NCBI GenBank assembly: GCA_011048615.1
Contig: DSDT01000399.1
Location: 1-48,624, forward strand
Direction: 5' to 3'
DNA length: 48,624 bases
DNA from: Chloroflexota bacterium
GTDB lineage: Bacteria > Chloroflexota > Anaerolineae > B4-G1
A program made the position numbers and the translations under genes. This document shows positions 25,106 to 32,652 of the stretch, in pieces; position 1 is the first letter of the stretch, and every line of letters begins with the position of its first letter. The notes under the pieces were generated by a model. That model saw only the letters and a program-made list of their open reading frames with translations. It did no database searches and was not told the origin of the DNA.

Positions 25106-26348
25106 CGGGCCGTCGCAGTGGACTGGCTCAACCGAGACGTTGGTCCTGACGGCCGAGGAACAGGCCATGCTGACCGGCGAGTTCGGTCCTGGCGTGCGGA
25201 AGGGGATGGAGATCGTCGTCGCGCTGGGCCGCATTTATGGCGCTGGGCGGTTGGTACCAGTGAGTTCCGTCCAGGTGGCAGGGGTCAGTTACCGCAACCT
25301 GGGCCAGGCCGGGTTGGAATTTCTCTCCGAGTGGGCCGCTCAGGGCGCCCAAGTGCGGGTCCCCACGACGCTGAACCCGGCCGGGATGGACCTACGACTG
25401 GGGTCGGCGTTGGGTTTTTCGGACCAGTTCGTCCGTCGTCAACGGGCGGTGATTGACGCGTTCCAGCGCCTGGGTGTGCGCCCGACCTGTACCTGTACCC
25501 CTTATCTGGTGGGCAACATCCCTCATGTTGGGGAGCATGTGGCTTGGGCGGAATCTTCGGCCGTGAGTTACGCCAATTCGGTACTGGGCGCGCGTACCAA
25601 TCGCGAGGGCGGCCCCAGCGCGCTGGCGGCGGCCATCACCGGGCGCACCGCGGCTTATGGCCTGCACCGGGACGAGAACCGGCGCGCCACGCTGCGGGTG
25701 GAGGTGCGCTGTCCCGTGAGCACCCGCGCTGATTTCGGCGCTCTGGGGTACCTGGTGGGAAAGGCGGCCCGCAATCGGGTGCCATATTTCCTGGGATTGG
25801 AGGGGGTGGATTCCAGCGCGGCCCTCAAATCGCTGGGGGCGGCGATGGCGGCCAGCGGCGCAGTAGCGCTGTACCACGTCGCCGGGGTCACGCCCGAGGC
25901 CGATGGACCGGAAATCCTGGCGACTGACCACGAGGTGATGACGGTGGATGATCTACGGCCTGCTTACGAGGCCCTCAACGCGGACGTTCGGGACATAGAT
26001 CTGGTCTGGTTTGGCTGCCCGCACGCCGGGTTGGAAGAGATCGCGGAGGTAGTGCGGCTGTTGAACGGGCGATCGGTGCGGGCGGCGCTGTGGATCACGA
26101 CGGCGCGCGAGATGCGGGAACAGGCTGAGGTGGAGGGCCTGGTGGCAGCGGTCGAGGCCAGTGGAGGGCGGGTGGTGGCCGATATGTGCGTCGTCGTCGC
26201 ACCGATGCAAGAGTTGAGCTTTCGCACATTGGCGACCTGCTCGGCCAAGGGTGGCTTTTACGCGCTGTCGCACGCCGGGCTTGTCACACGGTACGGCGCC
26301 GTCGAGCAGTGCGTGGAGGCGGCAGTGACGGGACGTTGGTCAGGGTGA
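25077..26348 (+). CDS. Aconitase X catalytic (large) subunit, DUF521 family
   Basis: LTAEEQAMLTGEFGPGVRKGMEIVVALGRIYGA, ESSAVSYANSVLGARTNREGGPSALAAAITGRT and TCSAKGGFYA. The start is uncertain: ATG 25077 overlaps rsmI by 29 nt, and TTG 25140 is an alternative. Confidence 0.8.
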   Translation: MGNGTVRGIDGPSQWTGSTETLVLTAEEQAMLTGEFGPGVRKGMEIVVALGRIYGAGRLVPVSSVQVAGVSYRNLGQAGLEFLSEWAAQGAQVRVPTTLNPAGMDLRLGSALGFSDQFVRRQRAVIDAFQRLGVRPTCTCTPYLVGNIPHVGEHVAWAESSAVSYANSVLGARTNREGGPSALAAAITGRTAAYGLHRDENRRATLRVEVRCPVSTRADFGALGYLVGKAARNRVPYFLGLEGVDSSAALKSLGAAMAASGAVALYHVAGVTPEADGPEILATDHEVMTVDDLRPAYEALNADVRDIDLVWFGCPHAGLEEIAEVVRLLNGRSVRAALWITTAREMREQAEVEGLVAAVEASGGRVVADMCVVVAPMQELSFRTLATCSAKGGFYALSHAGLVTRYGAVEQCVEAAVTGRWSG

Positions 26349-26368
26349 GAGAAGGCCTGAAATTCTAT

Positions 26369-26413
26369 TGTAACGGTTCTGTAACCCACAAAACACGTGA
26401 TGTGTTGTACATT
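26369..26413 (+). promoter_or_regulatory. Bipartite element, copy 1: TGTAAC-N5-TGTAACCCAC-N18-TACATT (phased direct repeats plus a -10-like box)
   Basis: TGTAAC at 26369..26374, TGTAACCCAC at 26380..26389, TACATT at 26408..26413. The same motif and spacing occur at 29203..29247. Confidence 0.5.
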
Positions 26414-26610
26414 GAGAGTGTCATTGACTTTTCAGGAATTGATTATACTTGCCTAACTTGACAATGCTACCTTCGGCTTCTGACCTTTTTGCTCGGCCTG
26501 GATTGCCAAATCCAGGCCAGCGGATAATGACGCACCCCTTCCGATGGGAGCGGGCGGAGTAATTTGACGTTGTCTAGCCAAGCACCAGGATCTATGTAAC
26601 GGAATGTATT

Positions 26611-27879
26611 ATGAACCATTCTGTCTCGGCTTTAGAATTTCAGGGTAAACAGGTTGACGCCAAAGAATTTCTGCGTCCAATTCTCTTTGGCTTGGAAGAA
26701 GAGGACCTGGAGGGGTTGGCCCAGGCGGCTGTGCAGCGCTATTACGAGTCTGGCGAGGTGATCATCCGAGAGGGGGATGAGGGGGACGCGGTCTACTTTA
26801 TCGTGGATGGAAGTGTCGAGGTCGTCAAGGAGTATGACGATGGGACAGAGCGCTTTCTACACACCTCTGGACCGGGGGAGCCTTTTGGAGAAATGGCACT
26901 GCTCCAGGAGGGGGGGCGCACGGCTACCGTGCGGGCCGTCGAACCTCTCACCGTCCTGGAGATCGAGCGCGATCCCTTCTTGGGGGTTCTGGGGCGCAGT
27001 CCCTCTCTGAGCGTTCGTATTCTGGTTCGGCTGACCGGTCGTCTGAAGGACTCGGATCAACAGGCGATTGAAGACTTGAGCCAGGCGAACGAAGAGTTGA
27101 GAAAAGCGCTGCGGCGCTTGGAACGCTTGGATCGGACCAAGACGGATTTCATCCAAGTGTCAGCCCACGAACTGCGCACTCCAGTTGCGGCGCTGCTGGG
27201 ATATGCCCAGATGATGCAGCAGAACGGCAAGGTGCAGGCCGATCCCCAGTTGCAGATGTTGGCTGAAGGGGTCGTGACCAGTACCAAGCGGCTTCACCGG
27301 GTGTTCAATTCCATCCTGGACGTCTCCCGATTGATGACGGGCGGATTGCAGGTCATCCGCAATCCCTTGAACGTCAGCACGATTTTTGAGGCCATCCAGT
27401 CCGAGTTTGGGGAGGCGCTGGAGAGACGGCGCTTGACCCTGGAGTTGGTAGGTTTGGACCAACTTCCTCCCTGTTCCGGCGATCCTGATCTGATCTACAA
27501 GGTGTTCTATCACCTGGTGAACAATGCCATCAAGTATACCCCGGATGGGGGGCAGATCAGCGTGATCGGCCGGACATCGGAGGCGGAAGACCTGGTTGAG
27601 TGCATTGAGGTCGTAGTTGAGGATACCGGGATCGGCATTGCGCCCCAGGATATTCATCTCATCTTTGAAAAGTTCTACCGCACCGGAGAGGTGGCGCTGC
27701 ACTCTTCGGGGACGACCAAATTCAAGGGAGGCGGGGCCGGGCTGGGATTGGCCATTGCTCACGGAATTGTGGTGGCCCACGGGGGAGAAATTTGGGCCGA
27801 AAGTCCCGGGTACGATGAGGAGACCTGCCCGGGCAGCAAGTTTGTGGTGCGTTTACCTCGTTTTGTGTCCCCAGAGTGA
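26611..27879 (+). CDS. Soluble sensor histidine kinase with an N-terminal cyclic-nucleotide-binding domain
   Basis: cNMP-binding domain: GDAVYFIVDGSVEV...FGEMALL...RTATVRA. Coiled linker. H-box SAHELRTP, N-box NNAIKYT, G-boxes DTGIGI and GGAGLGLAI. No TM segments. Confidence 0.9.
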   Translation: MNHSVSALEFQGKQVDAKEFLRPILFGLEEEDLEGLAQAAVQRYYESGEVIIREGDEGDAVYFIVDGSVEVVKEYDDGTERFLHTSGPGEPFGEMALLQEGGRTATVRAVEPLTVLEIERDPFLGVLGRSPSLSVRILVRLTGRLKDSDQQAIEDLSQANEELRKALRRLERLDRTKTDFIQVSAHELRTPVAALLGYAQMMQQNGKVQADPQLQMLAEGVVTSTKRLHRVFNSILDVSRLMTGGLQVIRNPLNVSTIFEAIQSEFGEALERRRLTLELVGLDQLPPCSGDPDLIYKVFYHLVNNAIKYTPDGGQISVIGRTSEAEDLVECIEVVVEDTGIGIAPQDIHLIFEKFYRTGEVALHSSGTTKFKGGGAGLGLAIAHGIVVAHGGEIWAESPGYDEETCPGSKFVVRLPRFVSPE

Positions 27880-27970
27880 GGACCGCAAGAGGTGTAGGAG
27901 CTTGCCCGAGTCCCTAAATCGGCCTGAAAACCTCGCGGCTGAACCCAGGCTCCGAGTCCTGGATCTCCTC

Positions 27971-29089
27971 TCAAGGGTCCACCGCTGTTAGAACGAGTTC
28001 GGCGATGACGGGGCGGTGATCCGATACGCCATCCCATGGCCCGATCTGGGCGGACGTGGCCCGCCAGTGGTGGGAGTGGAAGATATAGTCAATCCGCAAC
28101 ATCCACATGGGGACGGGGATGGGTCCCAGGCTGTATCGAGAACTGCCAGGCGAGTCGGCGCCGGGAAAGGTATGCCCTAGTCCCCACCCGGCCTCCCGCC
28201 ACGAATCTGTCAGCACCTGTGTGATGAGCGCCCACGCGGTGCTCTGATCCCCCGCGTTGAAATCCACCGGGACGATGAGCGGTCCTGAATGGGCCGTGAT
28301 ATAGTCCACCGCCGTCTGTGTCTGTCGCTCTCGTTCCCGCACCGTCCATTCGATGGCCTCCGGCGCGGAGAGCACAAAGTTGGTGGCATAGGTGTGAAAG
28401 CTCAGGACCGTGACAGATGTGTCCACGAACTCGAGGGTGAGAATCTGGGGGTTGCCCACCCACTGACCGGGCAGCGTCTCGTCGGCGGGATGCAGCGGGT
28501 AGCGGCTGATCGCCCCCGCGCCGGTCACGCCCTCCTGGGGGTCCAGCACCTGGTAGGGATATTCATCCGCCAGGTCCTGTTGAATCGCTGCGGCGACCCA
28601 GGGATTCAGTTCCTGCAGCACGACCAGGTCCACGTCGGCCGTGCGGATCGCTGCGACGACTGCCTCGGGATGCTCGTTGAATCCCAGGACGTTGTACGAC
28701 ATCACGGTGAGGGTGGGCGAGTCGAGAGGGTTCCCGGACTGCCAGAGAAAACGGGGTAGGAATAGCTCGCCATAGAGGCATGCTCCCAATGCCAGCGCGA
28801 TACCCAGGCCGGCCCAGGTCTCGCGCCGCCGCACGCTGAGAGCGATCAGAAAAACAAGCGGGAGAGGGAAAAAAAGATACACGGCAAAGGTGTTCAGTAG
28901 GAACAGCCACCACCACCGGTCGCCGAACAGCGCGTGCAGAATGGCCCAGCCGAACAACCAGGTAAAGTAGACCCGGGCCAGCGTGATCAGCCGGGCTGCA
29001 ATCCACGCCCTGGCGCGACTGTGGTGGGTTTCCTGTGGAGTTTCGTGTTGGTTCGGCCTCATTGCTCTGGCGTGATTTCGTGAGAGCAT
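27971..29089 (-). CDS. Endonuclease/exonuclease/phosphatase (EEP) family protein with N-terminal TM helices
   Basis: About 4 N-terminal TM segments, then an EEP fold: TVMSYNVLGFN, DLVVLQEL, a C-terminal RIDYIF and SDHRPV. Confidence 0.8.
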   Translation of the reverse strand: MLSRNHARAMRPNQHETPQETHHSRARAWIAARLITLARVYFTWLFGWAILHALFGDRWWWLFLLNTFAVYLFFPLPLVFLIALSVRRRETWAGLGIALALGACLYGELFLPRFLWQSGNPLDSPTLTVMSYNVLGFNEHPEAVVAAIRTADVDLVVLQELNPWVAAAIQQDLADEYPYQVLDPQEGVTGAGAISRYPLHPADETLPGQWVGNPQILTLEFVDTSVTVLSFHTYATNFVLSAPEAIEWTVRERERQTQTAVDYITAHSGPLIVPVDFNAGDQSTAWALITQVLTDSWREAGWGLGHTFPGADSPGSSRYSLGPIPVPMWMLRIDYIFHSHHWRATSAQIGPWDGVSDHRPVIAELVLTAVDP

Positions 29090-29191
29090 GTCTCGCCTTT
29101 CTTTCTCAGGCAGTTGATCGGTCCTCGAATCTAGAGCGCGAATTGTCGAGTTTGCACTCTATTACAATTCTGTCAGGTTTGAGCAACTGTT

Positions 29192-29247
29192 TGTCATGCC
29201 TCTGTAACCGATTTGTAACCCACTTGCGGCCCAAGTTGTTATACATT
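29192..29247 (+). promoter_or_regulatory. Bipartite element, copy 2, with a third phased repeat: TGTCAT-N5-TGTAAC-N5-TGTAACCCAC-N18-TACATT
   Basis: TGTCAT at 29192, TGTAAC at 29203 and TGTAACCCAC at 29214 (11-bp phasing). TACATT at 29242..29247. Confidence 0.5.
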
Positions 29248-29339
29248 TATCAAAACCATCATCAGTTCTCTGATAGATGGAGTTTGTGGGCGAGTGAACT
29301 TGCATCGTCGAATCAGGATACGATCGGAAAGGGACATCT

Positions 29340-29846
29340 GTGACCAGGGCATCGTGGGTGGCAGCTATTCTCGATTGGGCCAGGACGGTTCAGGACCGGC
29401 GCCCCGCGGAAGGGCGCCCGCCGGGCGGATATTCTCCGCTGCGCATCTTGTGGTGGGAGTGGGGAAAGCTGGTGGGAGCGGTTGGGCTGATCGTTTTGGG
29501 GATTTTGCTGATCGTCAAGCAGCAACCCCCCGCGGTGGTAGTGGCGATCATTCTCCATTTCACCATTGATTTTACCTTTCAAACGGAGGAGACGGCGCGG
29601 CGCAAAGTGGAGCGCGGCCGACACCTGGTGTTCCACTCGCTGATAGCTGGGGGGCTGCCCATGATCATGGCCGGAATCGTGGCAGGAGACCCCGTCAAGG
29701 CGCTCATTTGGATGGCAGCCGGCGTGGTGGGACATTACCTCGTGGATTGGACGAGGCGGTTCGGTCTGCGCTCGGTATTTTGGGCCGTGCTGGCGGATCA
29801 GGTGGCGCACCTGGCCATAATTTTCGGGCTGGTTTTGTTGACCTGA
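29340..29846 (+). CDS. Small polytopic membrane protein, DUF3307-like
   Basis: 4-5 TM segments. LHFTIDFTFQ fits the H-x3-DF-x2-Q signature I associate with DUF3307. GTG start. Confidence 0.55.
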   Translation: MTRASWVAAILDWARTVQDRRPAEGRPPGGYSPLRILWWEWGKLVGAVGLIVLGILLIVKQQPPAVVVAIILHFTIDFTFQTEETARRKVERGRHLVFHSLIAGGLPMIMAGIVAGDPVKALIWMAAGVVGHYLVDWTRRFGLRSVFWAVLADQVAHLAIIFGLVLLT

Positions 29847-29849
29847 TGG

Positions 29850-31835
29850 TCAGCCCGTCCCCAGCAAGGCCGCATCCTCCTCGCGGGCCACGCGGCGGCC
29901 CTCCTCGACGTTCACCCGCGTCAGCAAAAAGATGCCGATCAGGAAAAGCACGATCAGGCTGAGCACAGCCGGCCGGCTGCTGTCGAATGCGGCGGCGGCC
30001 GCCGCGAACAGCAACGGACCGACGATGGCCGAAAACTTTTCCATCACGCCGTACAGTCCAAAGAACTCGCCGCTCTTGGCCGCCGGTGACATGCTGGCGT
30101 ACAGGCTGCGGCTGAGAGCCTGACTACCTCCCTGGACGATGGACACCATCCAGGCCAACAGCCAGAACTCGATCACCGAGTTGAGAAAGTAGCCCCACAC
30201 AGCGATCACGGCATACACAATCAGGGACAGGATGATGCTGCGCCGGGTGTCGAGGGTTTCTACCAGGCCGGAGAAGAGCGGTTTCCCCAGCAGCAGCGCG
30301 AACAACACCCCGACTACTTCTACCCCGACGATGATACCGATGATGGCTCCCAAGTTGCTCTTTCGGATGGGGGGCAGGATTTTGACCTGGGCCAGGGCCG
30401 TGACCGTCCCCTGGCTGCCTGGGTCCTGGTCGCCGGTGTTGATCAGGGTGAGGGTGTGGCGGCCTGGCTGCTCGGCCTGAACAGAGCGGCGCACGCCGTA
30501 GCGGACCGTCCGGTTGTACCCATCTATCGTCAGCGGCCTGCCGGTATCCTCATCCAGCAAGGGGCGTCCGTCCACTTCGATGGCCCAGATGCCGTGATTG
30601 GGTCCGGTGCTGTAGGTCAGCTCTACTTTTTGCCCATTGAAGACCAAGTCACAGCGGGCTCCCGGCTCCGTGGTGGTGATGTATGTCACGTCAGCGTCGG
30701 CGCCGAGATTTTCCGCCGGGATCGTCTCGGTGCGCCACGCCCCCTCACAGGTCAGAGCGTCGCTCGTGACCGGGTACGTCCCCTCGCCGACGGCGTCGAG
30801 GGTGGTGGTGTAGGGCGGTAGGGGCGCGCCGGTGATCTCGCCTGGCAGTGCCCGCGCCCCGGCGATGCCGACCAGGGGCATGGCGACCAGATTGAACACG
30901 ATCAGGGCCAGGAAGAGGGGGCGGCGCTTTTCATCCTGGCTGGGCAAGCGGCCAAAGATCAGGCTGAAAGGGATGCCGACGAACTGGACCAACAGCAGCG
31001 CCAGGATCAGCTCGACGGAGCCAAAGCCCAGTTCCGCCCCGTAAATGGCCGAGACGCTGATGATGGTGCCGATGCCGTCATTATAGATGAGAAAGGCGAG
31101 CAGGTACTTGAACAGTTCGCTGTACTGTCGAATGTCCGCCAGGGTTTCCAGCAGCCGCCGGAAGCTGACGGTGACGACGTTTTCGCCAGGAATCAGCGAG
31201 GCGGTGGCGGCGGGCGGTTCGGGCACGCGAGTGAATATCGGGATCGAAAAGACGGCCCACCACACGGCAACGCTCAGGAAAGAGAGGCGCGGTCCCCACG
31301 TGCCGGGCAGGACCTGGATCATGACCACATTGATGGCCAACAACAGCCCCCCACCCAGATAACCCATCGCATAGCCGCGCGTCGAGACTCGGTCCTGATC
31401 CTCTGCCTTTGCCACGTGGGGCAGCAGCGCGTCGTAAAAGACGTTGGCGGCGGTAAAGCCCAGCCGTCCGAACAGAAACAGGATGGAGGCCAGCAGCCAG
31501 TCGCCGGTGTCCACCAGCACCAACAGCCCCGTCCCAATGACGCCCAGCCCGACAAAGAGAGCCAGGAAACGCTTTTTGCCGCGCATCACGTCGGAGACGG
31601 TGCCGAGGATCGGTGAGAGGATGGCGGCGATGAAGAGGGAGAGGCTGACACCCGTGCTCCAGTAGGCGGTAGCGCGGGCCTCGCTGGGCAGCGTCGCTCC
31701 CGCCACCTGGCTGTAATAGACGGGCAGCACCGCTGCCAGGATAGTCGTGGCGAAAGCGCTGTTCGCCCAGTCGTACATGCACCAGGCGTTGACGATCTGG
31801 TTGTAGGTACGGTCACTGTGCGATTCTGTGGACAT
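29850..31835 (-). CDS. MFS transporter, UMF1/Atg22-like family, with a large inserted extracytoplasmic domain
   Basis: Start refined to ATG 31835 ([28 protein letters not shown]), preceded by an AAGGAGGTG SD. Atg22-type motifs: YDWANSAF and [27 protein letters not shown]. 661 aa, versus roughly 450 aa that I recall as typical for the family. Confidence 0.85.
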   Translation of the reverse strand: MSTESHSDRTYNQIVNAWCMYDWANSAFATTILAAVLPVYYSQVAGATLPSEARATAYWSTGVSLSLFIAAILSPILGTVSDVMRGKKRFLALFVGLGVIGTGLLVLVDTGDWLLASILFLFGRLGFTAANVFYDALLPHVAKAEDQDRVSTRGYAMGYLGGGLLLAINVVMIQVLPGTWGPRLSFLSVAVWWAVFSIPIFTRVPEPPAATASLIPGENVVTVSFRRLLETLADIRQYSELFKYLLAFLIYNDGIGTIISVSAIYGAELGFGSVELILALLLVQFVGIPFSLIFGRLPSQDEKRRPLFLALIVFNLVAMPLVGIAGARALPGEITGAPLPPYTTTLDAVGEGTYPVTSDALTCEGAWRTETIPAENLGADADVTYITTTEPGARCDLVFNGQKVELTYSTGPNHGIWAIEVDGRPLLDEDTGRPLTIDGYNRTVRYGVRRSVQAEQPGRHTLTLINTGDQDPGSQGTVTALAQVKILPPIRKSNLGAIIGIIVGVEVVGVLFALLLGKPLFSGLVETLDTRRSIILSLIVYAVIAVWGYFLNSVIEFWLLAWMVSIVQGGSQALSRSLYASMSPAAKSGEFFGLYGVMEKFSAIVGPLLFAAAAAAFDSSRPAVLSLIVLFLIGIFLLTRVNVEEGRRVAREEDAALLGTG

Positions 31836-32083
31836 AGGTTCACCTCCTTGGGTAGGATCAAGATTCAGACAGGGTCTTGGGCCGCCGATTCTCCCGATTG
31901 TACTATAACTATCCAGGAGAGCAAAATGGGCCAGAGGTGGATTGGCGGTATCTTTTCGATAAACCGGGGCGAGGTATGGAACGCCGTCATCTTGACGGCC
32001 TGGATGCCAACAGCATGTTGGCGTTCCATGCATGCGCTCCTGGCGCGCTTGTTGAGCCTCTTTATGGGGGAGAAATCCCCGCG

Positions 32084-32112
32084 TTGACTTTGAGGCCAAG
32101 TTGCAATATACT
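32084..32112 (+). promoter_or_regulatory. Sigma-70 promoter TTGACT-17 nt-TATACT, with the -10 box only 9 nt from the mobB ATG (probable leaderless or near-leaderless mRNA)
   Basis: TTGACT at 32084..32089, TATACT at 32107..32112, ATG at 32122. No SD in between. Confidence 0.45.
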
Positions 32113-32121
32113 GGCGTCACT

Positions 32122-32652
32122 ATGAACTCTGATCGAGAGAGAACGCCGATTCCCGTGGTCTCTTGCGTGGGGCGCTCCAACAGCGGCAAGACGACGGTTT
32201 TGGAACACCTGATCGCCGAGTTGAGGCGGCGTCGGCATCGCATCGCCGTCGTCAAACACTATCACCGCTCCGACGTCGAGTTTGACGTGCCAGGCAAGGA
32301 TTCATGGCGCTTTGCCCAGACGGGGGCCGAGCAGGTGATCCTGGCGGCGCAGGACCGGGTGATCCACATCCGCCGCTGCGAGCAGGCGCCAACCCTGGCC
32401 GAGGTAGTCGGCGAGATCCGGGATGTGGACCTGATCCTGGTCGAGGGGTACAAGGGGGCCGCCGTCCCCAAGATCGAGGTCAATCGGCGGGCGCGGGATC
32501 CCGAATTGGTGTGTGTGGGGGACGAGATGTTGATCGCCGTCGTGTCTGACCAATGTTTCGACCTGGACGTGCCCCAGTTCGACTTGGCGGACGCAGCGGG
32601 CCTGGCGGACCTAGTCGAGGCCCATTACTTGGGAGAGCGGCAGCGGCGATGA
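32122..32652 (+). CDS. mobB: Molybdopterin-guanine dinucleotide biosynthesis adapter protein MobB
   Basis: P-loop VGRSNSGKTTVLEHLI, IAVVKH, ILVEGYK. Start moved to ATG 32122 (MNSDRERTPIPVV). Confidence 0.85.
   Translation: MNSDRERTPIPVVSCVGRSNSGKTTVLEHLIAELRRRRHRIAVVKHYHRSDVEFDVPGKDSWRFAQTGAEQVILAAQDRVIHIRRCEQAPTLAEVVGEIRDVDLILVEGYKGAAVPKIEVNRRARDPELVCVGDEMLIAVVSDQCFDLDVPQFDLADAAGLADLVEAHYLGERQRR

Noticed and set aside
29035-29343. A 102-aa + strand ORF spanning the divergent intergenic region.
   Set aside because: It has poor codon bias, AT-rich composition and Cys/Ser-rich odd sequence. It covers the predicted promoter and operator elements, so it is more likely non-coding.
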